64,000 bases of DNA, from NCBI GenBank assembly GCA_963739455.1, contig CAVUAK010000001.1, forward strand, positions 1,952,001 through 2,016,000, in the 5' to 3' direction. The notes beneath the pieces are model-generated. The model did not search any database and was not told where the DNA came from. It saw only the letters and a program-made list of their open reading frames with translations. Source of the DNA: an uncultured Gemmatimonadales bacterium (GTDB lineage Bacteria; Gemmatimonadota; Gemmatimonadetes; Gemmatimonadales; GWC2-71-9). Positions 1 through 10,879 of the stretch are shown here, one piece after another. Every line of letters begins with the position of its first letter. The stretch's first letter is position 1. The position numbers were made by a program, and so were the translations under genes.

Positions 1-715
1 CGACCGCAACACGCGCCTGGTCGAAGTCTCTCTGGTGGCGATGTACAACGGGTTCGAGCACGACCTGAAGGCGGTGTGCGACCTGGCGCATTCGCGCGGG
101 GCACTGGTGTATGCCGACATCATACAGGGCGTGGGGGCAGTGCCATTCGACGTGCGGGCGAGCGGCGTCGACTTCGCTGCGGCAGGCAGCTTCAAGTGGC
201 TGATGGGCGATTTCGGCCTCGGATTTCTCTACGTCCGGGCCGACCTGATCGAGCGGGTGCTCAAGCGCACCACGTTCGGGTATCACTCCTCGCCCGATAT
301 CGTCACGCACTTCCTGCCCTCCGACGCGCCTGGTGCGCCGCCCTTCGCCTGGGAGTTCGGCACCGGGGCCTCGTCGACGTATGAGGTGGGTAGCAGGGCG
401 GCGGCAGCGCTGATGGTGCTGGACGCCTCGCTGCCCTACCTGCGCAGGCTGGGGGTCGAGCGCATCCAGGCGTGGCGCCAGCCACTTCTGGAGAGCTTGA
501 GGACGGAACTGGGCCAGCGGGGCTTCACTCCGGTGACGCCGCCCGGTACCACATCGCCGATCCTGGCTTTCACCTTTCCGGTTGAACGGCCAGTGGCCGA
601 GCGGCTCAAGGCCGCCCGGATCAATGCCCGGGTCGGGGACCGGTACCTTCGGCTGTCGCCCTCGGTCTTCAACGACCCGGCCGATGTGGGCCGGGTCGTC
701 GAAGCACTCGCCTAG
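1..715 (+). CDS. Aminotransferase class V / cysteine desulfurase-like PLP enzyme (5' truncated)
   Basis: [15 protein letters not shown] (PLP Lys) and LRLSPSVFN motifs; the frame is open from the window start. Confidence 0.85.
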   Translation, partial: DRNTRLVEVSLVAMYNGFEHDLKAVCDLAHSRGALVYADIIQGVGAVPFDVRASGVDFAAAGSFKWLMGDFGLGFLYVRADLIERVLKRTTFGYHSSPDIVTHFLPSDAPGAPPFAWEFGTGASSTYEVGSRAAAALMVLDASLPYLRRLGVERIQAWRQPLLESLRTELGQRGFTPVTPPGTTSPILAFTFPVERPVAERLKAARINARVGDRYLRLSPSVFNDPADVGRVVEALA

Positions 716-736
716 GCGGCCCCTGGGGCCGCAGCT

Positions 737-765
737 TTGATCTTCGCGCCTGGAGGGGCTATCTT
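737..765 (+). promoter_or_regulatory. Putative sigma70 promoter of glyQS
   Basis: TTGATC-17 bp-TATCTT upstream of the gene. Confidence 0.45.
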
Positions 766-807
766 GACGCCCCTGAACGACTTCCGTTTCCCCTAGCGCT
801 CGTGAAC

Positions 808-2145
808 ATGGCCGAAAACACCCTCATGGAAAAGCTCGTGTCGCTGGCCAAGCGGCGCGGCTTCGTCTTCCAGTCTTCCGAGATCTACGGGGGCCTCGGC
901 TCCGTGTGGGATTACGGCCCGCTGGGCGTTGAACTCAAGAAGAACGTCAAGGATCGCTGGTGGCGTGCGATGGTCCACGCGCGTGACGACATCGAGGGGC
1001 TCGATGCCGCCATCCTGATGCATCCGCGCGTGTGGGAGGCGTCGGGGCATGTGGCCGGGTTCACCGATCCGCTGGTGGACTGCAAGCAGTGCAAGAACCG
1101 ATTCCGGGCCGACGACAAGCGCATCAAGGGCACGCCGGGCCAGCCCGACGCCCAGTGCCCGGTTTGCGGATCCAAGGGCACGCTGACGGAGCCGCGCCTG
1201 TTCAACCTCATGTTCAAGACGTTCATGGGGCCGGTGGAGGAGCAGGCGGCGATCGTGTTCCTGCGGCCGGAGACGGCGCAGGGCATCTACGTCAACTACC
1301 AGAACGTGCTCAACTCGTCGCGGCAGCGCGTGCCGTTCGGCATCGCCCAGATCGGCAAGGCGTTCCGGAACGAGATCACGCCGGGGAACTTCATCTTCCG
1401 CACTCGCGAGTTCGAGCAGATGGAAATGCAGTTCTTCGTGAAGCCCGGCACCGACATGGAGTGGTTCGAGCGGTGGCGCGAGTGGCGCATGGAGTGGCAC
1501 AAGTCGATCGGCCTCAACCCGGCGAAGTTGCGCTGGCATGCGCACGGTCCCGGCGAACTGGCACACTACGCCAAGGCGGCGTTCGACATCGAGTATGAGT
1601 TTCCCTTCGGCTGGCAGGAAATCGAGGGGGTGCACAACCGCTCCGACTTCGACCTGGGCCGGCACCAGGAGTATTCCGGGAAGAAGCTGGAATACTTCGA
1701 CCAGGCTGCGAACGAGCGGTATCTCCCGTACATCGTGGAGACCTCGGCGGGCGCCGATCGCGTCACGCTCACGCTGATGGCCGACGCCTACCGCGAGGAA
1801 AACGTCGAGGGCGAGACACGCGTCGTGCTCGGGTTCGACCCCGGCATCGCCCCGATCAAGGCAGGCGTCTTTCCGCTGGTCAAGAAGGACGGCATGCCGG
1901 AACTGGCCGATCGCGTCTATCACGACCTCAAGAAGCAGTTCACCGTGTTCTACGACGACAGTGGCGCCATCGGCCGTCGCTACCGTCGCATGGACGAAGC
2001 GGGGACGCCGTTCTGCATCACGGTCGATGGAGAGACGCAGGTGGACCAGACCGTGACGGTACGGGCCCGCGATGCCATGACGCAGGAGCGTGTCGCCGTG
2101 AGCCAGCTGGGGGAGTACATCGGGTCGCGTATCCGCGGCAGCTGA
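808..2145 (+). CDS. glyQS: Glycine--tRNA ligase (alpha2 type)
   Basis: [44 protein letters not shown] and an anticodon-binding domain. Confidence 0.97.
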   Translation: MAENTLMEKLVSLAKRRGFVFQSSEIYGGLGSVWDYGPLGVELKKNVKDRWWRAMVHARDDIEGLDAAILMHPRVWEASGHVAGFTDPLVDCKQCKNRFRADDKRIKGTPGQPDAQCPVCGSKGTLTEPRLFNLMFKTFMGPVEEQAAIVFLRPETAQGIYVNYQNVLNSSRQRVPFGIAQIGKAFRNEITPGNFIFRTREFEQMEMQFFVKPGTDMEWFERWREWRMEWHKSIGLNPAKLRWHAHGPGELAHYAKAAFDIEYEFPFGWQEIEGVHNRSDFDLGRHQEYSGKKLEYFDQAANERYLPYIVETSAGADRVTLTLMADAYREENVEGETRVVLGFDPGIAPIKAGVFPLVKKDGMPELADRVYHDLKKQFTVFYDDSGAIGRRYRRMDEAGTPFCITVDGETQVDQTVTVRARDAMTQERVAVSQLGEYIGSRIRGS

Positions 2146-2210
2146 GGCCGCATGCTTAGATTCGGGGACGGGCGCTGGTGCGCCCGGTCCCAGTCAGGAA
2201 GGATGCCGGT

Positions 2211-3430
2211 ATGCTGAAGTCATTGCTGCTCTCCGCGTTGCTGGCCATGGGCGCCGTGTCGCCCGGCGGCACCGCCAACCCCATCGATCCCGAGTACCGC
2301 CTGGTGGTGGTCAGCGAGTCGGGGGACATCATCACCTGGATCAGGGTGAAGGATGGGAAACTCGAGTCGGAGCGCGTGGTGCCGATCGGCATCATGCCGG
2401 CGGACATCGATGGCCCGCACAACGTCACCATCGCCCCTGACAACAGGAGCTACTACGTCTCGGTGGCGCACGGCACGCCGTACGGCTCGTTGTGGCGGCT
2501 CGACGCCTTCAACGACACGCTGATCGGTCGTCGCCCCGTGGAGTACTTTCCCACCACGATCTCGGTTACCCCCGACGGCGAGCTCGCTTTCGTCGCCAAC
2601 AGCGATTTCTATGGCGACCGGCCCCGGGTCAACCCGCTGTCGATCGTGCACACGCCCGACCATGACCACGATCACCAACCTGCCGGTGTGCGACATGCCG
2701 CATGGAGTAAAGGTGAATCACGCGGGCAGCAGCGTCTACGTGTCGTGCATGCACTCGGATGAATTGCTCGAACTCGATATTTCGACGCTGAGCATCGTTC
2801 GCCGGGTCAAGACGGGCTCGGGCCATGCGATGACCGGCGGCGGTCACGACATGGACGCTCATAAGGCGACGGCGGCAGCCCCCGCGTCCACCGCCGGCGG
2901 CGTCGGCCCCCGCCCGGGGTCATCGGAGCATGCCGGGCACGACATGAGCACCATGACCATGACCGGCCCCAAGGGCGGCCCCGACCTGTCGAAGGAGTGT
3001 GCCCCGACGTTCGTGTCGGTATCGCCCGACGACAAGACTCTCTACGCGGCCTGCAACGTCGGGCTACACGATGCAGGTGTGGGATGCCGCCACGATGACG
3101 CTCATCAAGGAAGTGCCGACGGGGAAGGGCGCCTACAACGTCGAGCCCTCGCCCGATGGCAAGTTCGTGATCGTCACGAACAAGAAGGACCAGAGCATCA
3201 GCGTCTTCGATGCGCGCACCCTCACGGAGGTGGCGCGGATTCCCACCACGAAGAAGATCGTGCACGGCATCGCGTACTCGCCCGACAGCAAGCTGGCGTT
3301 CATTACCCAGGAGTCGATCGGGGCCGACCCCGGTGCCGTGGACATGATCGACCTGACCACCCTCAAGAACATCGGGACGCTGCCGGTGCCGGCGCAGCCG
3401 ACCGGCATCTCCACCTGGCGCAAGCCATGA
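2211..3430 (+). CDS. Secreted YncE/YVTN-type beta-propeller with a His/Met-rich insert (2 apparent frameshifts, ~2657 and ~3060)
   Basis: Signal peptide; repeated (S/T/A)PDGK-like blades across three consecutive ORF fragments. Confidence 0.75.
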
Positions 3431-3693
3431 CGTTCGAGGCGCTGACTGCGCTGGACGGCCCGGCGGTGCTCGCCCGCGCCAAGGAGTTCTTCGCCGAGCG
3501 GGTGCCGCTGAACGCGGCATTTCCCGAGAAGGAGGGCGCCGGCTGGCTGGTACTGCGTGGCCAGGGTGGGGAAGAGGTGGCCATAGCGGTGGCACCCGCC
3601 GATGGTGGCGTGCGCGTCCGTGGGTCGACCCTGTTCTTCGACCAGGCGCTGGATCGCTTCCTCTCCACGTTGCCGCCCGTGGCCGGAGCGTGA
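3427..3693 (+). CDS. Small hypothetical protein (88 aa)
   Basis: ATGA overlap with upstream stop; MTFEALTALDG...; typical codon usage. Confidence 0.7.
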   Translation: MTFEALTALDGPAVLARAKEFFAERVPLNAAFPEKEGAGWLVLRGQGGEEVAIAVAPADGGVRVRGSTLFFDQALDRFLSTLPPVAGA

Positions 3694-3956
3694 CACCGGC
3701 CACCGTGCTCCCCGTCCGCGTGATGGTGGAGGACGTCTGGAATGAGGTCAGGATCGATCTGCCGTCGTCCACGCCGCTGGGCGACCTCAAGGCAGCCGCG
3801 CTCCGGCAGGCCGGAGTACCGGGTGACCCGGCGGACTATCTCATGAAATACCTTGGCGCGGAATTGCAGGACGAGGATCGCAGCCTGGCCGACGCCGGCG
3901 TCGTGCCGAATGCCGCGCTCGTCGTGCTGCCGCGCCGGAGACGTCCCCTCCGCTGA
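3690..3956 (+). CDS. Ubiquitin-like (EsaB/YukD-like beta-grasp) protein
   Basis: TPLGDLK...YLGAELQDEDRSLADAGV...ALVVL matches the ubiquitin pattern (F.GK.L.D..TL.DY.I....L.LV); GTGA overlap. Confidence 0.7.
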   Translation: MTPATVLPVRVMVEDVWNEVRIDLPSSTPLGDLKAAALRQAGVPGDPADYLMKYLGAELQDEDRSLADAGVVPNAALVVLPRRRRPLR

Positions 3957-3988
3957 CGGGCTCCCCGGCAGCTGCGCGCCGGACGCGG

Positions 3989-4234
3989 ATGACGCGGGCA
4001 GTCGTGCTGTTCGCGGCCGCGATGCTTGCGTTCGACGGGGTGGCCGTGATCGTCCTCGGTGTCCTGGCCCACCGCCCCCTCTTTATTGTCATGGGCATCA
4101 TCATCGCGGTCGCGGCGGTGGGCACCCTGGTCTCCTGGAGCAGGCACAAGGCCCGCCTCGCCGAGATCAAGCGCGAGCACGGCAGCCTGAAGGACGAGCT
4201 TCGCTCCCTGGACGACTTCATCCAGCGTCGCTGA
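3989..4234 (+). CDS. Small 2-TM membrane protein with coiled-coil tail
   Basis: Two hydrophobic segments followed by a charged helical tail. Confidence 0.7.
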   Translation: MTRAVVLFAAAMLAFDGVAVIVLGVLAHRPLFIVMGIIIAVAAVGTLVSWSRHKARLAEIKREHGSLKDELRSLDDFIQRR

Positions 4235-4237
4235 GTC

Positions 4238-5135
4238 GTGGCCCTCCCGGTCTTCACCCATCCAGCATGCCTGTCCCATGACCCGGGACCGGACCATCCC
4301 GAGACGCCCGCCCGGCTGTCGGCGGTGCTGGCACTTCTTCGTGGTGATCCGGCCTTCGATGTCCGGAACGCCGCGCCGGCACCGCTCGAGCCGATACTGC
4401 GCGTGCACCCGCAGGCATACCTCGACTCGGTGAGGGCATTCAGCCTCGCCGGTGGCGGTGCGCTCACCGGCGACACGACGCTGAATGCGCAGAGCTGGGA
4501 TGCGGCACTCGGCGCGGCCGGCGCGGTGCTGGCGGCGACGGACCTCGTGCTCACGCGCGGTGGCCACGCGTTCGCTGCCGTGCGGCCGCCGGGGCACCAC
4601 GCGCTGCGCGACACCGCCATGGGCTTCTGCCTGGTGAACAACGTCGTCGTCGCAGCCTATGCCGCCCTCGCGACCGGCCGTGCTCGCGTCCTGATCATCG
4701 ACTGGGACGTGCACCACGGGAATGGCACGCAAGCACTCGTGGAGCACGACCAGCGTATTCGCTTCGTCTCGCTGCACCAGCATCCGTGGTATCCCGGCAC
4801 CGGGCTCGCCACGGAGCGCGGCGTCGGCAACGTCTTCAACGTGCCCCGCGGACCCGGCCGTCCGCCCGACTGGTACGTCGAGGACCTGTGGGACGCGATC
4901 GTCACCGCCACGCGCAGACTGGATGCCCGACATCGTCTTCGTCTCCGCCGGGTTCGATGCCATGCTGGGTGACCCGCTCGGTGGCTTCACGCTCGAGCCG
5001 GCGCACTACGCCGAACTGACGCGCCGACTGCGCGAGTCCCTGCGCGACCAGCCGATCGTCGGGCTCATGGAGGGCGGCTATATTCCCGCCCGTCTCGCCG
5101 AGGGCGCCGCGGCCCACTGTCGCGCCCTCGGATGA
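4238..5135 (+). CDS. Histone-deacetylase family (Zn-dependent) protein (frameshift ~4915)
   Basis: HPE, RPPGHHA, GFC, DWDVHHGNGT; SAGFD and EGGY in the second frame. Confidence 0.9.
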
Positions 5136-5169
5136 GCGTCCCGACACCACTCCGTTCCGAGGCACGCCC

Positions 5170-6195
5170 GTGAGCGCATCGCTCCGCCTGAGCGCCGAGA
5201 TACTCGAACTCCGCACCCGTCACCCGTTCATCATCGCGCGGGGCGGGCAGAGCGACTACCGCACGGTTTGGGTGAGGCTCACCGACGCCGAGGGCCGCGA
5301 GGGCTGGGGCGAGGCAGCGGCCACGAAGTTCTACGGGGAGACTGCTGAGACTGTCCTCGCCGCGCTGAACGTCTATGCGGCGCACATGCCGAGGGATGCG
5401 TTCGACCTCGAGGAGGGCGAGCGGAACTGGGAACTGGCCATGCGCCTCAATCCTGCGGCGCGGGTGGCACTCTCTACGGCACTGCACGACCTCGCTGCAC
5501 AGCGGGCCGGCGTACCACTTCATCGGTTCTGGGGGCTCGACGCCTCCCGCGCGCCGATGTCGACCTTCACCATCGGCATCGACACCAGCGAGAAGATGCA
5601 GGCCAAGGTGCGCGAGGCCGCGTCGTATCCCATCCTCAAGGTGAAGCTCGGCACGGACCGCGACCTGGAGATCCTCCAGGCCCTTCGTGAAGTGACCGAT
5701 CGCGAGATCCGGGTGGACGCCAACTGCGCCTGGACGGCGCGGGAAGCGATCGACATGCTGCCGGTGCTCGAGGAATTCCAGGTGACGGTGCTCGAGCAGC
5801 CGGTGGCGCCGACCGACCTCGATGGCTTCGCGCTCATCCGCGCGCGCGCGAACATTCCCATCATTGCCGACGAAAGCTGCAAGACCGCGGCGGACATTCC
5901 GGCGCTGGTGGGCAAGGTGGACGGCATCAACATCAAGCTCGCCAAGTGTGGCAGCCTCCGCGAGGCGATTCGCATGGTGGCGGTGGCCCGCACCTATCAC
6001 CTGCAGGTGATGCTGGGCTGCATGATCGAGAGCTCGATCGCCATCACGGCGGCGGCGCACCTGGCACCATTGGTGGATATCGTCGATCTCGACGGTGCGG
6101 CGCTACTCTCCAACGATCCTTTCCAGGGTGCCACCATCGACGGCGGCCAGCTCACGCTTCCCACTGGTCCGGGGCTCGGCGTTACGCGGCGATGA
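5170..6195 (+). CDS. L-Ala-D/L-Glu dipeptide epimerase (enolase superfamily)
   Basis: KVKLG, VDAN, EQP, ADES, NIKLAKCG, DLDG. Confidence 0.9.
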   Translation: MSASLRLSAEILELRTRHPFIIARGGQSDYRTVWVRLTDAEGREGWGEAAATKFYGETAETVLAALNVYAAHMPRDAFDLEEGERNWELAMRLNPAARVALSTALHDLAAQRAGVPLHRFWGLDASRAPMSTFTIGIDTSEKMQAKVREAASYPILKVKLGTDRDLEILQALREVTDREIRVDANCAWTAREAIDMLPVLEEFQVTVLEQPVAPTDLDGFALIRARANIPIIADESCKTAADIPALVGKVDGINIKLAKCGSLREAIRMVAVARTYHLQVMLGCMIESSIAITAAAHLAPLVDIVDLDGAALLSNDPFQGATIDGGQLTLPTGPGLGVTRR

Positions 6196-8606
6196 CTGAC
6201 GCGTACGCCCGCGTCGCGCTCCCCCTCCCGCTTCACAACGGATATCTCTACCACATTCCCGAGCCGCTTCGCGGCTCGGTGACGGCCGGTATGCGCGTCG
6301 TCGTGCCGGTGCGGGGCCGCGAACTGATTGGCCTCGTTGTGCGCCTGGAGGCCGACCCGCCGCCGGTGCGCGCGCTCGACCTGCTCGCCGCGCCAGACGC
6401 GGAGCCGCTGCTCACGCCGCCGCTCCTGGCAACGGCCGAATGGGTGGCCGGGTACTACGGTGCGCCATTGGGCCTCGCCCTGCGCGCAGCACTGCCAGCC
6501 GCAATGTGGGGTGAATCGAAGGTCATCATGCGCCTGCTCGATGCATCACTGGCAGAGGGCGCAGTGGCCGGTGAATTGGTGCGTTGGCTCGCACCCCGGG
6601 TTGGCGGCGGCACGGTGTCCGCCGCGTCGCGCGCGCTCGGACGGAGCCTGTGGGAGACGGTCTGGCGGCTCGTGGAGCGAGGGGCCATCGATCTCGAGGT
6701 CGTGCCGCCTGATACCGGGGAGAAGCGCGTAAGCGAGCGGATGCTCGTCCTGGCGGAGCACGTGCCGGGACTTCTCGAGCGCGATGCCCTCTTTCGCCGG
6801 AGCCCAAAGCAGCGCCAGTTGCTCGAGCTCCTCGAGACCCGAGGTGGCGTGGCCGGCGTGCGCGAGTTGCGCGAGCGCGACGGCGTGACGGACGCGGTCA
6901 TGCGGGGGCTGGTAGATCGGGGCCTCGCCCGCGTCGGCGGGGCGGAACGCATTCGCGATCCGTTCGCCGGTGTTGGAGGCACGCCGCCTCCCGAGCGACC
7001 GACGCCGGGGCAGGAGGCGGCCATTGCGGTGATCGAGTCGCTTGGACCCGGTGAGGCGGCGCTGCTGCAGGGCGTCACCGGAAGCGGCAAGACGTTCGTC
7101 TACCTCGAGGCGGTGAAGCGCGCGCTGGCCACCGGACGCGGGGCCATCGTGCTGGTGCCTGAAATCGCGCTCACGCCCCAGACCGTCAGCCGGTTCCGGG
7201 GCGTCTTTGGCGACCAGGTGGCCGTGCTGCACAGCGGACTCTCCGATGGTGAGCGTGCGGACGCCTGGCGGCTGCTGCGGCGGGGGGAGCGTCGTGTCGC
7301 AGTCGGGGCACGTTCTGCGATCTTCGCGCCGGTGCGAGACCTCGGCCTCATCGTCATCGACGAGGAACACGAAACAAGCTACAAGAACGGCGAGGCGCCG
7401 CGGTATCACGCGCGCGATGTTGCGATGGTCCGCGCCCGGCTGGAGCAGGCGCGCGTGGTGCTCGGAAGTGCCACGCCATCGCTCGAGTCGCACGCAGAGG
7501 CCGGCAAGTCGCTGCACCTGGTGCGCCTGCCCAGCCGCATCGAGCAGCGACCCATGCCACCGGTCGAGGTCATCGATCTGCGGAACGCCGCACTTGTGCG
7601 CGAGGCGGCGCCGGTGCCGTGGTCCGAGGCGCTCGATACCGCCCTGGGCGGCGTCCTCGCGAACCACGAGCAGGCGCTCCTGCTGCTCAACCGGCGGGGA
7701 TACGCATCCTTCCTTCAGTGCCAGTCATGTGCTGCGGTTGCCGGCTGCCCGAACTGCAGCATCGCGCTCACGGTGCATCGCTCGCCGGAGGGCCTGCGCT
7801 GCCACTACTGCGATCACCGTGAGTCGATGCCGCTGGCGTGCGCGCAATGCGGTGGCGCGGTGCAGGTGGGGCGCGGCGTCGGCACGCAGCAACTCGAGCG
7901 CCTGGTAGCGGAACGCTTTCCCACGGCGCGGGTGGCCCGCATGGATCTCGACACGACCGGCGGGAAGGGCGCGCACCAGCGCATTCTCTCCGCGGTCGAC
8001 AGCGGTGACGTGGATATCCTCCTCGGCACGCAGATGATCGCCAAGGGGCTCGACTTTCCACGGGTGACACTGGTAGGCGTGGTGGATGCGGATACTGCGC
8101 TGCACCTGCCCGACTTTCGCGCTTCTGAACGCACGTTCCAGTTGCTGGCACAGGTGGCTGGGCGCGCCGGCCGTGGTCCCCGGGGCGGCCGCGTCATCGT
8201 GCAGACCCGCTCGCCCGCACATCACGCGCTCACTTTTGCCGCGGCGCATGACACCGACGGGTTCGCCGCCGCTGAGCTGGACCTTCGGCGCTCGCCGGCC
8301 TATCCGCCGTTCACCAGCCTGGTGAACATCATCGTGTCATCGCAGGAGGAACTGGGTACGGCAAGTGCCGCGGAAGCGGTGGCGGCGTGGTGTGTGCGCC
8401 TGGTGCAGAGTCGCGACTTGCCGGTCGCGGTGCTCGGTCCCGCGCCCTGTCCGCTGGCGCGCCTCAAGGACCGGTGGCGCTGGCACGTGATGCTGAAGGG
8501 TCCGTCACGTGCCATAGGCCAGGTGGTGCGGTATGCGGCCCGCCGGCTGCCGAAAGTGCACCAGGTGCGGGTGGTGCTCGACCGCGATCCTGTCACCCTG
8601 CTGTAG
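6192..8606 (+). CDS. priA: Primosomal protein N'
   Basis: GVTGSGKT, PEIALT, DEEH, SATPS, Cys-rich region, GTQMIAKGLDF, QVAGRAGR; true start MTDAY at 6192. Confidence 0.95.
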   Translation: MTDAYARVALPLPLHNGYLYHIPEPLRGSVTAGMRVVVPVRGRELIGLVVRLEADPPPVRALDLLAAPDAEPLLTPPLLATAEWVAGYYGAPLGLALRAALPAAMWGESKVIMRLLDASLAEGAVAGELVRWLAPRVGGGTVSAASRALGRSLWETVWRLVERGAIDLEVVPPDTGEKRVSERMLVLAEHVPGLLERDALFRRSPKQRQLLELLETRGGVAGVRELRERDGVTDAVMRGLVDRGLARVGGAERIRDPFAGVGGTPPPERPTPGQEAAIAVIESLGPGEAALLQGVTGSGKTFVYLEAVKRALATGRGAIVLVPEIALTPQTVSRFRGVFGDQVAVLHSGLSDGERADAWRLLRRGERRVAVGARSAIFAPVRDLGLIVIDEEHETSYKNGEAPRYHARDVAMVRARLEQARVVLGSATPSLESHAEAGKSLHLVRLPSRIEQRPMPPVEVIDLRNAALVREAAPVPWSEALDTALGGVLANHEQALLLLNRRGYASFLQCQSCAAVAGCPNCSIALTVHRSPEGLRCHYCDHRESMPLACAQCGGAVQVGRGVGTQQLERLVAERFPTARVARMDLDTTGGKGAHQRILSAVDSGDVDILLGTQMIAKGLDFPRVTLVGVVDADTALHLPDFRASERTFQLLAQVAGRAGRGPRGGRVIVQTRSPAHHALTFAAAHDTDGFAAAELDLRRSPAYPPFTSLVNIIVSSQEELGTASAAEAVAAWCVRLVQSRDLPVAVLGPAPCPLARLKDRWRWHVMLKGPSRAIGQVVRYAARRLPKVHQVRVVLDRDPVTLL

Positions 8607-8611
8607 CCTGC

Positions 8612-10780
8612 TCAGCTGCGCGTCTTGAACCCGATCTCCGCGCCGACGTAGATGTTCCGCCGGGGCGAGGGCTCCAGGACGCGCCCGCCGAATCCGTTGA
8701 CCGTCACGGCGCCGATGTACTTCCGGTCGAACAGGTTGTCCAAGCCGACGTAGGGCAGGAATGACAGGTCGCGCGACTGCGTCGACCAGCTTATCCGGAG
8801 GTTGGTGACGCCGGCGCCCCAGTTCTCCACCCACAGCGTATTCTGGTCGTCCGCCGTCAGCGAGGACGACAGGGTCTGGTCCAGGTCCACGACAAAGCCG
8901 AGCCCCGGCTGGGATCGCAAGCCGATACGCGTGAAGAAGCGCGGCACCCCCGGAACCATGTTGCCGTTGAGAGTATCGGCAGCCGCGCCATTCACCACCA
9001 CGTAGTCAGCGAACTTGTAGTTCGCATAGGTGAAGGCAAGCGAAGCGCTGAACTGCTTGACCGGCGCGACGGTGATGCTCAGTTCGAGCCCGTTGTTGTG
9101 AAGCTTGCCGGCGTTGGTGTAGTACACCCGCCCATTCACGTCCCGGAACGGCACGATCGCATCGCGAACGCGGCTGATGAAGCCGGAGACGGAGTAGTCG
9201 AGCCACGTCGAGATGCGACCACGCGCGCCGAGTTCGGCGCTCAGGGTGTACTGCGGCAGGATCGCGTCGTTGAATCCGCCGCTGCCATCTGGACGATTCG
9301 CCAGCTCGGTCGTGGTGGGTGTCTCGAAGGCAGAGGCGACGTTGATGTAGGGTGTCACTCCCTCCGAGACGTAGTAGCTCATTCCAGCGGTGCCACTTGG
9401 CGAGTTCAGTGGGAGGTTGCCACTGTCGTCGGTGCCGTCCGCAAGGTTGTTGTCCTGCACGTCAAACGTCACCCAGTCGTACCGCGCCCCGGCATCGACC
9501 GTGACCCGCTCGGTGGGGGTCCAGTGCGCCTGGATGAACGGCCCCGTCTCCGTCACCGTCTCCACCTGGTTGAGCAGGATGCTGTCGGTCGGCTGGCCGC
9601 TGAGCGACCGGAAGTTCTGCCGGTCATCTCGCATGCGCTGGAAGTCGATGCCGGCGGTGAGCAGCGGCGAGCGCCAGGAGGTGCCAGGACGATAGGCGCC
9701 GGTTGCCCGCGCACCGGCAGTCTGGCGCTCGATCTGCACATACACGCCAGCGATCGGCGCCTCCGCGCCCTGGCCGCCCGGGGGTGCCGTGGCGAGGGGG
9801 TTCTGCACGCCGCGCTTGAGCCCGAACGCCGTCACGTTGATCGCCCCGCTGTGCGAGACGAAGTGCTGCTGGTAGGTGAGCGATACCTGCTGCTGGTTGA
9901 TGTCGTTCGACGCCCCGCGCCGGATGTTCGCGGCGGCGGCCGAGTCCGGGTTGACGTCGTACTCGGCGAAGGTGAGGGCACCCGGGTTCTGCAGCAGAGG
10001 GCTGTTGGCGAGGAGCACCCAGAGGTCCAGTGAGCTGCGCTTGGTGGGCGTCCAGGTCAGGCCGATGTTGTAGATCCCGACGTCGGCGGCACTGTTCTGC
10101 CGGAACCCATCCCACGTGAAGCGGGAGAGCGACAGGACGCCGCTGAAGTTGCCCTTGCGCGCGGTGCTGATGGCTTGCCACTTGTCCATGCCGTACGAAC
10201 CCGCCTGGAACCGTACGCTCTGCGTGAAGAGCTCCGGCTCCGCCGTGCGCGAATGCAGGGCAACCACGCCGCCAGAGGCATTGCCGTAGAGCGATGATGC
10301 CGGCCCGCGCAGCACCTCGACCTTGTCCAGCAGGCCGTAGTCGACGTTGGTGAGCTGACTCTGCCCGTCCGGTAGCGTCTGGGGAACGCCGTCGAGCAGC
10401 ACCTTCACGCCGCGCGCACCGAAGTTGGCCCTGGCACCGGCTCCGCGGATCACGATGCGCTGGCCCTGCGAATAGTTGTAGCGGTTCTGGATGTAGACGC
10501 CGGGGATGTTGTTCAGCGCCTCATCTGCCGTCAGCGTCGGCTGTGCGCGGGTGATGTCACGTGGCCCGACCACGCCGATCGCCTGGGGTACCCTGCTCAG
10601 TGGCTCCGAGGTACGCGTGACCGTGACGGTGATCTCGTCCAGCACCTGCACGGAGTCGCGACGGGCTGAGTCGGCCCGCGTCGGGGCGACCGGCTCCTGT
10701 GCGGAGGCCAGCGAGGGGCTGAAGAGCACCGCGCAGGGCACAAGAAAGGTGGCCGCGCGGAGGATACGAGCGATAGACAT
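8612..10780 (-). CDS. TonB-dependent receptor
   Basis: Signal peptide, LDEITVT TonB box, plug motif VEVLRGPASSLYG, beta-barrel C-terminus; the upstream ORF extension is antisense shadow. Confidence 0.92.
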   Translation of the reverse strand: MSIARILRAATFLVPCAVLFSPSLASAQEPVAPTRADSARRDSVQVLDEITVTVTRTSEPLSRVPQAIGVVGPRDITRAQPTLTADEALNNIPGVYIQNRYNYSQGQRIVIRGAGARANFGARGVKVLLDGVPQTLPDGQSQLTNVDYGLLDKVEVLRGPASSLYGNASGGVVALHSRTAEPELFTQSVRFQAGSYGMDKWQAISTARKGNFSGVLSLSRFTWDGFRQNSAADVGIYNIGLTWTPTKRSSLDLWVLLANSPLLQNPGALTFAEYDVNPDSAAAANIRRGASNDINQQQVSLTYQQHFVSHSGAINVTAFGLKRGVQNPLATAPPGGQGAEAPIAGVYVQIERQTAGARATGAYRPGTSWRSPLLTAGIDFQRMRDDRQNFRSLSGQPTDSILLNQVETVTETGPFIQAHWTPTERVTVDAGARYDWVTFDVQDNNLADGTDDSGNLPLNSPSGTAGMSYYVSEGVTPYINVASAFETPTTTELANRPDGSGGFNDAILPQYTLSAELGARGRISTWLDYSVSGFISRVRDAIVPFRDVNGRVYYTNAGKLHNNGLELSITVAPVKQFSASLAFTYANYKFADYVVVNGAAADTLNGNMVPGVPRFFTRIGLRSQPGLGFVVDLDQTLSSSLTADDQNTLWVENWGAGVTNLRISWSTQSRDLSFLPYVGLDNLFDRKYIGAVTVNGFGGRVLEPSPRRNIYVGAEIGFKTRS

Positions 10781-10879
10781 GGACGATCCGGATTCGTGGG
10801 TTGGCACCTGGTTCGGGGCAGAATCTAGTCGATTGTGTTGCTTGAATCCCCGGAGTCGACCTCCTACCTTCCGCCCACC

